From contig OX597825.1 of the NCBI GenBank assembly GCA_951406725.2, positions 7,812,001 through 7,876,000 on the forward strand: a stretch of DNA of 64,000 nt. Direction: 5' to 3'. Shown here piece by piece: positions 1 to 12,289 of this stretch. Under the pieces are notes generated by a model. It searched no databases. It saw nothing but the letters and a program-made list of their open reading frames with translations, and was not told the DNA's origin. The stretch is from Octopus vulgaris (lineage: Eukaryota). Numbering within the stretch: position 1 is the first letter of the stretch; every line of letters begins with the position of its first letter. A program made the position numbers and the translations under genes.

Positions 1-40
1 ACTACAAAAGAAAAAAAGAAATACTCGTTCAATAATACGC

Positions 41-108
41 TGTTTCAAATCTGATTTCAGCCTCGCAACTTAACGCCTTCCCATCGAAGCTGACAGTTTC
101 TCGAAGGC
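41..108. repeat. Left arm of a ~65-bp inverted repeat pair (partner at 1778-1845)
   Basis: gtttcaaatctgatttcagcctcgcaacttaacgccttcccatcgaagctgacagtttctcgaag is the reverse complement of 1778-1845 with about 3 mismatches. Confidence 0.85.
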
Positions 109-145
109 TAACCGTTAAGCTACTACTGTAGCTTGTTGACCCAGG

Positions 146-160
146 AGGACACACTTTCTG

Positions 161-210
<50 letters not shown>

Positions 211-224
211 CACAGAAAGTGTGT

Positions 225-227
<3 letters not shown>
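146..227. repeat. 19-bp perfect inverted repeat around a (TA)n centre
   Basis: aggacacactttctgtgcc (146-164) and ggcacagaaagtgtgtcct (209-227). Confidence 0.9.
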
Positions 228-265
<38 letters not shown>

Positions 266-315
266 GAGATAGATAAAGAAGGTGAAATATATATATATAT
301 ATATATATAATAACA

Positions 316-552
316 AAGGGTGAAATTAATTAATTAAGAAGTAATCAGTAATTTCACCAAGTAGAATTCGGCATGTAAAAGACCAATTCATGGAAGGTTT
401 AAGTAATACTAAATAATTAGGGTTCAGCAACGATTTGCCTTACCACACACCGAATTTAGAAATAGCAGTCAAAATGTCTTGGCTATTCCTTCTACTTTAA
501 AGTAGAAGGAATAGCCAAGGCAAATCGTTGCTGAACCCTAATTATTTAGTAT
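316..552. repeat. Repeat fragment ending in a nested fold-back (42-bp perfect palindrome plus 36-bp inverted arms)
   Basis: Palindrome at 478-519; arms 406-441 and 517-552 are exact reverse complements; (TA)-rich flanks. Confidence 0.8.
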
Positions 553-574
553 ATGCATATATTTATGTGTATGT

Positions 575-798
575 ATCTGTGTTTGTCCCCCCGCCACCAG
601 GCCTGCCATCGCTTGACAACCAGTGGTGATATATTTATGTTTCCGTAACTTAACAGTTCGGCGAAGGATACCGATAGAATAAGAACTAAATGTACAAAGT
701 TCTGGGGTTGACTTTTTCGACTAAAAGTCATTTAAGGTGGTGATCCAGTATGGCCATAGTCAACTGACTGATACAACAAGTAAAAGAATAAAAGAATA
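575..798 (+). mobile_element. SINE family A, 3' half (diverged)
   Basis: Matches the reverse complement of 817-1000: cgcttgacaacc...taacttaacagttcggcgaa...ccagtatggccatagtc...aagtaaaagaataaaagaa. Confidence 0.8.
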
Positions 799-816
799 TA
801 TATATATATATATATA

Positions 817-1222
817 CTCTTTTACTCTTTTACTTGTTTCAGTCATTTGACTGCGGCCATGCTAGAGCACCGCCTTTAGTCGAGCAAATCGACCCCGGGA
901 CTTATTCTTTGTAAGCCCAGTACTTATTCTATCGGTCTCTTTTTGCCGAACCGCTAAGTGACGGGGACGTAAACACACCAGTATCGGTTGTCAAGCAATG
1001 CTAGACACACAAACATAGACAAACATAGACACACAAACATACATATAGATATACATATATACGACAGGCTTCTTTCAGTTTCCGTCTACCAAATCCACTC
1101 ACAAGGCATTGGTCAGTCCAAGGCTATAGCAGAAGACACTTACCCAAGATGCTACGCAGTGGGAGTGAAGCCGGAACCATGTGGTTGGTTAGCAAGCTAC
1201 TTACCACACAGCCACTCCTGCG
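817..1222 (-). mobile_element. tRNA-derived SINE family A, full length
   Basis: Minus-strand head gcaggagtggctgtgtggtaag (A-box) ... ggttccggcttcactccc, CORE-like cttgggtaagtgtcttc, internal TA/TG tract, (GTAAAAGA)n tail; near-identical to 2614-2997. Confidence 0.85.
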
Positions 1223-1273
1223 AAGTTCTGCTGGTGATATATATATATATATATATATGAAATAAATATATGC

Positions 1274-1319
<46 letters not shown>

Positions 1320-1349
1320 AATATATGCATATATACATATATATATACA

Positions 1350-1590
1350 TACCTGCATATATATGTATATATACATGCATATATGCGTACAGGACATCAA
1401 AAAATAAAAAAAACGTTGAGCACAATGAGAAACGAACACATAAAAACAAAAACATACAAAATGAACAACGAAAAGAAACAGTGAAAAAAAGGGGTGCAAC
1501 ATAAAGAATATTCCCCTTCATCAGTTGTCCCTGTTTCATCTACTTCGCGTTTTCGAAGGAAAGGACAATACGCGACTTCGATTTGTAAAT
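1350..1590 (-). repeat. Unclassified interspersed repeat (second copy at 24715-24980, + strand)
   Basis: Shared blocks cttcgaaa..gtagatgaaac, gaagggaa..ttc.ttatgtt, cgtttctcattgtg, gtcctgtac.cat.tatgcatgtatatataca. Confidence 0.65.
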
Positions 1591-1606
1591 ACCTCGTATA
1601 TTCTTT

Positions 1607-1757
1607 TCCAGTACGCAATTGGTGCTTAATTTATCGACCTCGAAATGATGAAAGGCAAAGTCGACCTCGGCGGAATTTGAACCCAGAACATAAAGACAAA
1701 CGAAATACTGCTAAGCATTTCGCCCGGCGTGCTAACAATTCTGCCAGCTCGCCGCCT
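1607..1757 (-). mobile_element. SINE family B (head and body)
   Basis: Minus strand ggcggcgagctggcagaa..ttagcacgccgggcgaaatgc..gggttcaaattccgccgaggtcgactttgcctttcat; motif recurs about 15 times in the window. Confidence 0.85.
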
Positions 1758-1777
1758 TCATATATACCTAGTATATT

Positions 1778-1845
1778 GTCTTCGAGAAACTGTCGGCTTC
1801 GATGGGAAGGTGTTAAGTTGCGAGGCAGAAATCAGATTTGAAACT
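1778..1845. repeat. Right arm of the inverted repeat pair with 41-108
   Basis: cttcgagaaactgtcggcttcgatgggaaggtgttaagttgcgaggcagaaatcagatttgaaac. Confidence 0.85.
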
Positions 1846-2515
1846 GATTAACAAAACATATGTTGAGATATTTCCAAAAGCCGCCAATATCATCTTCTCT
1901 ATTTATTTCTTGTCCGACTTTTCACTTAGAAACTAATAATGTACCGGAGCTAATACGTTACTGAGAAAGAGTACAGTCGATTGAAGCGACATCTATATAA
2001 CTCTGGCAGTGTTTTATCAATTACGAAAGGATGAAAAAGCAAAAAATCTTAAGAAGAAATTTAGAATACGAAATGTAGAGAAGAAGAAAATACAGTGATA
2101 TATATTGACATTGAGCAAGTTCTGACATCATCTAATGATAACATTCGTTCATTCAATGATCGCGCGTAGCAAGCTAATTTCTTAGATTACTGGTTAAAGC
2201 GGCAAATCATATTAGCTGTTCAGTGTTAGTGAGTTCATTGTTAAGCGCACTTAATTATTTATGAATCCCCCCAGCTGCAATTAGAAGCAGAAACCTAGAA
2301 CAGGAACTTTCCTGTAATACTAACCTGCAACCCTTCCCTAGGCCAAGGGAATGGAAAAGAAATATCGCCCAAATACTTTGACGGCTGCTTAACACTCTTC
2401 GCCATTTCCTATGCATTGAATGATTAAGACGGCAGTCACATATTATCGGGTTACTTCGAGTTAGCTGTCAATTATTTTGTTTATACACACACGCGCAATC
2501 AGTCATACATACACA

Positions 2516-2564
<49 letters not shown>

Positions 2565-2613
2565 ATATGAATGTATTAAAGCTGGCTTTTATGTTCCGCT
2601 TTAATGATATATT

Positions 2614-2997
2614 ACTCTTTAACTCTTTTACTTGTTTCAGTCATTTGACTGCGGCCATGCTGGAGCACCGCCTTAGTCGAGCAACTCGACCCCGGGACTT
2701 ATTCCTTTGTAAGCCCAGTACTTATTCTATCGGTCTCTTTTGCCGAACCGCTAAGTTACGGGGACATAAACACACCAGACATAAACACAGACACACAAAC
2801 ATAGACACGCATACATATATATATACATATATACGACGGGCTTCTTTCAGTTTCCGTCTACCAAATCCACTCACAAGGCTTTGGTCGGCCCGAGGCTATA
2901 GTAGAAGACACTTGCCCAAGGTGCCACGCAGTGGGACTGAAGCCGGAACCATGTGGTTGGTAAACAAGCTACTTACCACACAGCCACTCCTGCGCCT
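2614..2997 (-). mobile_element. tRNA-derived SINE family A, full length
   Basis: Head ggcgcaggagtggctgtgtggtaagtagc, B-box-like ggttccggcttcagtccc, same body and tail as 817-1222. Confidence 0.88.
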
Positions 2998-3019
2998 ATA
3001 TTTATATACATATATGAAT

Positions 3020-3183
3020 TATTTTTCTTGTTTTAGTCATTTGACTACGGCAATGCTGGAGCATCGTCTTTTGTCGAACTAATCGACCCAAGGACTTATT
3101 CTTTGTAAGCCTAGTACTTATTTCTATCAATCTCTTTTGCCATACCGTTAAGTTACGGGGACGTAGACACACCAGCACCGGTT
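3020..3183 (-). mobile_element. SINE family A, 3' fragment
   Basis: gtcatttgactacggcaatgctggagcatcg...gacttattctttgtaagcctagtactta...ttacggggacgtagacacacc. Confidence 0.8.
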
Positions 3184-3462
3184 GTGTGTGTTTATGTATG
3201 CGTAGTTCAAAATTATGTGTGTGTGTGTGAGTTTGTGTGTGTGTTTGTGTGTAGGTGTGTGAGTAGTTAAAAAAAATGTGTATGCGTGTGAGTTTGTGTG
3301 GGTGCGTGTGTGTGTGTGTGTATAGTTCAAAATTGTGTGTGCGTGTGCGCTTGTATGTGTGTATAGTTCAAAAGTGTGTGTGCATGTGAGTTTGTGTGTG
3401 TTTGTGTGTGTGCATGTGTGTGAGTAGTTAAAAAATTGTGTGTGCGTGTGAGTTTGTGTGGT

Positions 3463-3496
<34 letters not shown>

Positions 3497-3754
3497 GTTC
3501 AAAATTGTGCGTGCGTGTACGTTTGTGCGTGTGTATGTTTGCGTATGTATGTGAGTGTGTTGTTCAAAATGTTGTGTGCGCATACGTGTGTGTGAGCGTA
3601 AATGTATGTGTAAACAAGTACCTGCGTGTGTGAAGTGCGATGCATGCGCGAGTGCTCCGTGTATTTATGTGACCGTGTGTTTGGACGTGCGTATATGCGT
3701 GTGTGTGTGAGATTGTCTAACGTATGTGGGTGTGAAGCTCCTGATATGTGCGTA

Positions 3755-3796
<42 letters not shown>

Positions 3797-3830
3797 GGAG
3801 AGAGGGAGAGAGAGATCTTGTTCTGCGCGT
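3184..3830. repeat. Compound (TG)n/(AG)n minisatellite punctuated by tagttcaaaa units
   Basis: About seven recurrences of agtt(c/a)aaaa within the TG tract. Confidence 0.85.
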
Positions 3831-3954
3831 GTGCATGTGAGCGAGTGTGCGTATCAGTTGGATAAAGTGTATGTGTGTATGGAGTTGACATGTGTGTGTA
3901 AGTATATTCTGCGTATGTATATGTATGTAAGGGTGCTTCTATGCGTGTGTGAGG

Positions 3955-4810
3955 CTATCTGACGTATGTTTTATTGTAGTAGGATGTATGTGGAGCACAT
4001 GGAGGTGCCAGGTGAAATAGGAGTGACAGGTGGCAGAGGTTAGGCGGAGGGAGTGAGTGCGTAGGAATATACATGCAAGTATACGAGGGTGGAACCGAAT
4101 GAGAGGGTGAGTGCTGATGTGTGTATGGAGGGAGAAAGAGTGTGAGGGTACGTCTGTGCAGGTGTATGCTTAAGCTGTAGTGGCATGAAGGTGTTTGTGG
4201 TGCGTACACTGGGTACGACCGTGACGGGTAGAGGAGGGAGGGGAGTGAAATGTGGGAGTTTTGTGGTGTGTGTACCTGTGTATGTTGGTGGGTTAAGGTC
4301 AAGGTATCAAGGTACCTGATGATGTGAGACTATAAGAAACTGTGGAAGGTAGACAGAAAAGTAATTCCAGCCCTCGACGGAGACGAGTGCAAGTGCAGTG
4401 CAGTCAGAACACAGTCAGATGCTGTAGCAAATGACCTGTCGAGGAGCAGTGGAAAGAACCCGAATGTTATTGTTGAATCTGATATCCCAGTGTTGTTTGT
4501 GAAACCGGTAAACCCCATCAACGCCAGCCTGTTTGACCAATGTACAAGGAATGGCAGAGAGAGAGAGAGTAGAGAATTCTGTATATTACATTGCTGGAGG
4601 TACAGGTGAATGAATCTGGGTGGTAGTGGTGGGTGCAGGTGAGGTTAGCGGTGTTGAAGAGGTAGGTGAAGGTGTAATAGCATAGGTGAGAGCAAAGGAA
4701 GGGGCCAGGTTGGGTGCGAGCATAGAAGAAGGAGCTGTTGCATTTGAAGGACAAAAAAGATGAGTTGAGGAAGGCATGGGCGGTGAAATCGGAGAATGGT
4801 GCATTGTATA
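3955..4810 (-). pseudogene. Decayed Penelope-like element 3' part (GIY-YIG endonuclease remnant)
   Basis: Translation GPFLC..LCYYTFTYLFNT..DSFTCTSSNVIYRI..SLCHSLYIGQTG resembles the PLE C-x2-C..FTCTSSNVIY..YIGQT signature; SGTLIP remnant near 4300. Confidence 0.75.
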
Positions 4811-4916
4811 GAGAAAGAATTACCCTAGCAACGTATGCAGTGTGAATGACTGATGTTAATTTAGAATATTATCATACCCATATCTGTATTATTACATTTG
4901 GTTGATGCCTCATATA

Positions 4917-4966
<50 letters not shown>

Positions 4967-5221
4967 AACAATTAAGGATAACCTCTTAATAAGGGATCTT
5001 AACAAGAAATTATCGGGTAGTTAGCGTGAAAACCTCATAAAAGAAAAGAATTCGAAAATAATTTTTTCCTTTTGAACAAATTAATTATATCTATATTGTA
5101 TAGAGGGCATTATTACACATAAATGCCTCACACTAAGAGGGACAAAGTCATTACTACCAAAATTATACTAATCATACCCAAATGCAGTTTTTCAAAGCAA
5201 GACATTTAAAAAAATGAATTT

Positions 5222-5279
5222 AGTTCTGTATCACCGTGATTTCACATTCAACTTACGTCTTATGATCATCAGCAGAACT
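5222..5279 (-). ncRNA. Type I hammerhead ribozyme motif inside a (TA)n-flanked repeat (about 4965-5360)
   Basis: Minus strand: agttctg-CTGATGA-tcat..atgt-GAAA-tcac g gtga-TA-cagaact; 7-bp stem I, near-palindromic stem III, imperfect stem II closing pair. Confidence 0.72.
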
Positions 5280-5358
5280 GATTCTGAACACATCATAAAT
5301 AAACTACCAACCTTACGTAGCGAAGACGAACAGACAACTGCTCACTCCGGCCAAGCAC

Positions 5359-5444
<86 letters not shown>

Positions 5445-7229
5445 TGGCACATGTACTGACACAGACGCATAGACACGGACATGCACGCATATATGCACTT
5501 GAAATATATATGCTGCATAAATATATATATACATACATATATACACATACATATATATACATATATATATATGTATATTTTCACGTATGTATATGTGCCT
5601 GCATGACCTTGCGTGAATGTGCATGTTTGTATTTAGTGTGTTTCTGAGCGTCTTAGTTATTATTTATTTGTGGGTCAACGAAGGATATTGCAATTTAATT
5701 GAATACTAATGAGGCTAGAGCTGCTTCTTTTCTTTTGACCGTTCCAATAGAATTCAATAAACTTATGGCAAACTTGTTTACCTGCTTGTTAATAATAAAA
5801 ACCGTCCGTTCGGGCATTTCTCTTAAAGCAGTATCATCTCTTTTTATTATTGTCACGCGCAGCTTTCCATCACTAATAGCTTGTCTTGTATAGACGATAT
5901 TCAAACAACTCCGCATCTCTTCTCTTTGCACGTTTAGACACCAAATAGAAAAAAACGTAAAGGTTTTAAAGCCATCGCTTTCATACAGTTTGCGAAATGA
6001 TGAGAATTTTGTTTTTCTAATAGCTTATATTTATTTTGTGGATAAAACCAACGCCTTCAGTGCTTTTTCTTCCACTTTTACTATCACCAATAACACTACC
6101 ATTCCAATCACAACCAGTAAACATTTGAAACTCCCAGACGTATCATCAAACATTTTGTATTGAATATTTGTGGCGATAGGTAATATAGTTATATCGGTGG
6201 TAGTTTTTGATAGTAAAAATATATATTTACTGCAACATAGGGAGACGGACTGAATTAAACGAGAATGATTTGAGCACGAAGAAGAGAGAACACAAAACAG
6301 TGAAAGAAAACGAGAAGTTTAAAGAGGGAAACAGATTAAGTCATCTACATTAAGAATAATAATTGTAATATGGAGAATAATTATGTCCACTGAGAATAAA
6401 GTTAATTTCAAAGTCTATTCTTTCGTGATTTAATCGACATCAGGTAACTTTGCTTATACTACAGGTGCCACTACAGATACGGTGATGTTCTGTAATAGAA
6501 TGGCTGAAAATGCTATTACAAGACCAATTGATTAGGATATTTAGAGACAATTTCTTTGAACATTTCAGTTAAGAGAGAATGCTGCCATTACAAATACACA
6601 CACACATATACATGCTCACACATTCACACACATACACACACGCAAATTCACACTCACACACACACACACATACATACATATATATATATATATATACTTA
6701 TACTAATTCGTAGACACATACACACATTAATACTTACATCTACGAATACGTAGATTCGTACATTAATGGTAATTTACTACCAAGACTGTGTGTACGAATT
6801 AACATTGGTGTAAATGAGAACTTTAATCTAAATACAGAATACTGAAGTTTCGAAGACACAGTCCGACGTTTACCTTTTTCTCTTTGATTTCTGAAGACAT
6901 CTTCACATTAGCTGCGCTGCTAAGCTGTATGATGGCACATACATTTTCGCCTGACCCTTGTATGCATGCATGTGTGCATGTATCTATGAACATTCTCTTC
7001 TGTTTTCAATTACTTGTAATTTTTCTCTGAGGAAAGAAATACTTTTTAACAAAATATACAAAACCAATTCATTGAGGATTAGATAACAAAAGCAAATCCT
7101 TATTTGAAACTTCACAAAAGTCTTCCATATTTTTACTGTTCCGCTTACCGATTGTATTTGCAATGTGCGAATTAGATTGTTGATTCATTTTCCTGAAAAC
7201 CCTAGCTTATCCAAATTGCCACATAGGCA

Positions 7230-7297
<68 letters not shown>

Positions 7298-7404
7298 GCA
7301 TCGATCGATAGATGAATGCGTGGATAGATGAATATATGTATATCTCTTTATATGTATTCATGAATATGTTTAAACATATCTGCACATGTGTATATATGAA
7401 TGCA

Positions 7405-7453
<49 letters not shown>

Positions 7454-9445
7454 CAATTTATCTATAAACACCACTTTATGCATGACTGCAAGATTGATGC
7501 ACCATAATATGATGCACAGCATGCCACACATAAAGGACAGTTGCTGGATGTGTCGAAACGATGCTCGTACAAAATATAGAGCTGTACGCGTTCCATCTTC
7601 TGTTTACTTCATTGATTATATGTCTCCATGTATATACGTATGCGTGTATATACGTATGCATGTGTACTTATGGACGTATTTATGTGTATACGTATGCATA
7701 CATGGATATTCTGCTTCAAGTTATTGCAACCTTGATGCGTTTTATAATGCTTCTGCACATAGAATCTCTGTCGGCGGCCATCATTACTCTGATGATCCTC
7801 AATTTAATGTATTTTTTCAGTCAATAACCTCAAAGTAATTGAGTGGTCTTCATCCTTTCTTGTAGGTTGAGAACCCTCTAAAATGCAATATTCAACACGA
7901 CAACTGCAGTTAGAAAAGTCCATGCTGAGCAACAATTTTATAGATGGGTTGACTATGTCCATAAATTTCTTTTGTCATGTGTTCTAGCCGTGACATGAGG
8001 CATGGCGAATGTATCATGAAGGCGGCCTTAGTATTTCTTTCTTCATTGTCAATGTTTCGGGTCCATCCTGAAAAATGCCCTCTCTCTCTCTCTGTGTCTC
8101 ACTCCCTCCTTCTCTCTCCTTCTCTGTCTGTCTGTCTCTCTCTCTCTGCACACATGCCCACGCGCGCGCTTAAATGTCAAGGCCATAACGATCTCTTTAA
8201 TACAGAACAATGAATAGTCAATAATATCTTTTGCGTCAAGTAAAACGTTCACAATATCCTAACAAGGCGGATGATATTCAAGCATGTCAGTACATGTAAA
8301 ACACACTGGTCATTGACGTAATTTTCATACTTGTTCCAGTTTCCATTGATAGAAATACGCCATGTATATGTTTGTGTATTTATATAAATAGAGCTGTAAT
8401 CGCGTGCGGTCGGGTTAGGTTTATCGCGGATGCTATTGTTAACGTGCAACGCTGTACAACCTGTTCATCTTGGGCTATCAGCCCCATCCCCCACAAACAC
8501 CCTAGCCTAGGGAGAAGATTTGCTAAACAGCCAGCAGAACAATAGAATCTGTCAAAAGAATGGATGAACTCATAGTGTTAAGGACTGTTTCGAAATAGTG
8601 TAAACGGGTATTATCTGGAAGGTTTCCAGAACAGTTGCTTCACAGCAAGCTGTTTCTTATGTCCTTTACAAGCGAAGCAAGAGTAAAACCTGTCTTAAAA
8701 TTTCAGTCATAGTAGCAGGTGTTTTGTTTGGGTCTTTTAGCAGCGAGGTGATTACATAAATAATTTTGCAAACTATAATTTATGGACGCCCCTGGGCGTA
8801 AGTTTGGTATTAATCGACAGATTTCTGCCAGGAGAATATCTTATATGAAAATAATGGAAATTACTATCGACCAGATGAAAATAATGAAAAGAATGGAAAT
8901 TGACCAAATATCGGTTTTGCATCCTAACACAAAACAGTGTGCACAGCCTTAGTCTGACACGTGGCACATTGTATTGCAGTTTAAGCTGCACAAATGGTCG
9001 AACAGAATCTGCGGAAGAGGGTGTAGTGAATAGAATACTCTGCACAAATTTTCTCCACTGACAGCAATTGCGTAGTGTAGCTTGTCCAACGGTAATATTT
9101 CCGGACAAAGGATAGGCGTTAAAATAGTAAAATAAGAAGAGTAGAAAAAAAAATAATCATAACACTGCGCGTGTTTGTTTGGAAAAAAACCCCCTAAAAA
9201 TCATCCCGAAATACAACAATATCTGTCTCAACACACGATTTCACATCAGTAATCTTGCAAATCGAATTGATAAACTTATATACATACATACATACATACA
9301 TAAATACATACATACACACATACGTACATACACACATACATACATACACACATATATATATATATATATATAAATATATATATATATATTGATAAAAATG
9401 GTAAGATAACTAAAGAAAGAAAGAGAACTCGATATTATGTAATTA

Positions 9446-9506
9446 GATAAATGAAGAGATGGCGGCGTGGATTTCCACCTCGGCATCCGAAACTCGGAGT
9501 TTTATC
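9446..9506 (+). ncRNA. Degenerate type I hammerhead motif in a (TA)n-flanked cassette
   Basis: gataa-aTGAAGA-gatg..catcc-GAAA-ctc g gag-TT-ttatc; first core C is replaced by A. Confidence 0.55.
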
Positions 9507-9541
9507 ATGGCTACCTAATAATTGTCATATATTACATTTAC

Positions 9542-9593
<52 letters not shown>

Positions 9594-11184
9594 TATGTAT
9601 GTGTATATATATGTATATATGTGTATATCTATGTATGTGTGTGTCTGTGTGTGTGTAAGTATGTATATATTGGGATTCCAGATCTGCCTTTTCTTCCAAG
9701 TATCTTCGGTAAACGCTGAACCAGCTGAGCTACAGTCCTTTAACGGAAACCATTACAAGAAACACCCCTCCCTCAAAAAAAAGTAATAATAATAACAACA
9801 AATAAATAAATAAATAGACAAACCTTTCGTTCTTAACAATTTCGTCGATGTATTGTATTTTGTCTCATCTAACCTCGGAGGATTTGAATTAAAATCTACA
9901 TCTTTTATGAATTGCCTTATAGCATATTAACTATTTCTTACACATTAAAATCTCCATTTTGTGGTTTTGAGTTTATCTCTACTTATGTCTCTGACGCTTT
10001 TTTTTCTCTCTCTTTCTCTCCTTCCGTCTCTGATTCTCTCTCTCGCTCTCCTCGCTCCCCCTCTTTCTCTCTCTATGGTGTATTGTTATTCTCTATTAAA
10101 CAGTCTTCCCTGCGTAAAGAGATTTTATATCGGTTTAGAACGGAGCAGCTACTGTCTCCCAAGTATCCTAACTCCGATAAAAGAAATCTCTCAAAGCTTC
10201 TTCCAACTGATTTATCAATTATATTAGTATTCCAATCGGTATTATGTAGATTGAACAATTCTTTTCGACTCAATATCGCAATATATTAACTATGTTAACC
10301 AGCCTTTAACTGTATTTTCTTCATGCAGAAGGTATCCCTGGAAAAATTTCTAATGTCATTATGTAGATTGGTCGCTAGAATTCCTCAATTTAACTACGGC
10401 ATCTCGTGCTTTTATTTTAGAACTCACATGATTTCTTCCTGAAGCCACACATTTACTTTTATCGGTTTCCAATTAGATTCAGATCGAGCAACCAGTTTCC
10501 TTTGCTCAGACTATTTTCTTACAGTAATAGTCAATTGAGACTATAAATCAAGAGAACTGGCCATGGAATAGTGCGTGTGTGTGTGTGTGTGTGTATGTGT
10601 GTGTGTGACAGAGAGAGATTGAGAGAGAGAGAGAAAGAAGAGAAAGAAGAGTTAGAGTGTAAGAACGAGAGGAAGTAGAAAACACTTTATTTTTCCTTTC
10701 ATTTCCTTCTGAAGAAAACCTGTAGCTGTTTTTCAACAGCTCGCCTTTAATTATGTTAGGGACTATATTAGTATAGAGGAGCAAAAAATGTCAACCATTT
10801 CTTTTGACGAAAACTATATTGTTAAGCAAAGAAGATTTATGGAGTAATTAAGCTGGAGATAAAATAAGCGGAACAAACAGAAGCAAAACAGCACCAAAGG
10901 AAAAAGTAAAAAAAAAAGCCCTACAGAGACAGATTACTAAATAAATTCAGATGTTTTTCATCGAGAGATGTAATTAGGATGGATGTTTTAAAGGACGGAG
11001 TTAACAATTGTAGTTTAAAATAAATATTTAAAATAAATATAGACAACAAGTCGAAGAGAAACCCAAGTCAACTGCTTTAGAAACAACTAATAATTAGAGA
11101 GAAGATCTGGTTCTTTGGTATTGGCAAATGGTCGTTTCTTTTCTCTCAATGCTAGAATTCTTGACAAGGTGAATTATATTCAGG

Positions 11185-11550
11185 CGTGTATACATACAGA
11201 CGTACATACATACATACATACATGCATACAGAGGTACATACATACAGACGTACATACATACAGAGGTACATACATACAGACGTACGTACATACAGACGTA
11301 CGTACGTACATACATACATATATACATACGTGCGTACAAACATATGTACATACGTACATACATACACACATACAGAAGTACATACATACATACATGCGTA
11401 CAAACACATATACATACGTATAGACATACATACGTACGTACGTACATATATACGTACATACATAGATACATACATACCTGCAATACATACATACATACAT
11501 ATTCATGCATACATATAAACATACACACACACACACACACATATATATAT
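11185..11550. repeat. (TACA)n/(TACG)n compound tetranucleotide microsatellite
   Basis: Direct reading; recurring cagacgtacatac and cagaggtacatac variants. Confidence 0.9.
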
Positions 11551-11703
11551 CTACACGAACACATTGATATTCATATGCTTTTGCGCATACACACGTATAT
11601 ATGTGTATAATCGTTTATTTATTTACGAGAATATCTATTCTCACTGTCTGGACACAGATATATACACTCATATGTATATGCATGTATTTATATATGCATA
11701 TGT

Positions 11704-11960
11704 GAAGGTGCGTGGCTTAGTGGTTAGGGCATTCGGCTCACGGTCATAAAGTCATGAGTTCAATTCACAGCGACGCGTTGTGTCCTTGAGCAAGACACTT
11801 CATTTCACGTTGCTTCAGTCCACTCATCTGGCAAAAATGAGTAGTATGTGTATTTCAAAGAGCCAGCCTTGTCACACTGTATCATGCTGAATCTCCCCGA
11901 CAACTACTTTAAGGGACACGTGTCTGTGGGATGCTCAATCTCCTGCACGTTAATTTCACG
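11704..11960 (+). mobile_element. tRNA/CORE-like SINE group C (head C2 plus tail 1), 3'-incomplete
   Basis: A-box tggcttagtggttagg, B-box gagttcaattc, tgtgtccttgagcaagacactt; aligns with 56907-57165. Confidence 0.85.
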
Positions 11961-12164
11961 GTGTTTCTCAAGTACTCCTGGCGGATGACGCCTCTGCACT
12001 ACTCAGGTAACAGTCCTCCAGCCCCAGAGTCTGTTTGGGCAGTCGTTGCTAGTGAAGGTCTAACGCGGTCGCAATTCAAATACTATCTCCTCCGTTCACA
12101 GTCACCTTTTACGACACACAGAGGAAAGGTTGGGTACTTTCATTGATATGCTGGTATCAAGACA

Positions 12165-12289
12165 TCACTAGAGCAACGTGAAATGAAGTATTTTGCTCAA
12201 GAACACAACAGGCCGCCCGGTTCGGGAATCGAAACCACGATATGATTACCGTCAGTGTAGCACCCTAACCACTAAGCTACGCGCCTCCA
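12165..12289 (-). mobile_element. SINE group C head plus CORE-like domain, convergent with 11704-11960
   Basis: Minus strand ggaggcgcgtagcttagtggttagg..gtttcgattccc..tgtgttcttgagcaaaatacttcatttcacgttgctc. Confidence 0.8.

Noticed and set aside
1490-1535. Minus-strand CTGATGA followed by an agggg/cccct stem
   Set aside because: No GAAA follows the stem, and the homologous copy at 24.77 kb lacks the motif.
3184-3570. CRISPR-like array of tagttcaaaa units
   Set aside because: The spacers are (TG)n, the repeats are only ~10 nt, the context is eukaryotic, and no cas genes are present.
4316-4350. Plus-strand CTGATGA...GAAA hammerhead-like spacing
   Set aside because: No stem II or stem I pairing, and it is antisense to the GIY-YIG remnant.
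5695-6200. Overlapping 64-78 aa ORFs in unique-looking sequence
   Set aside because: No recognisable motif, stops in neighbouring frames, and no convincing splice signals.
8400-9110. Higher-complexity block with a 111-aa ORF, possibly an old LINE or an exon
   Set aside because: No diagnostic motif could be read in any frame.
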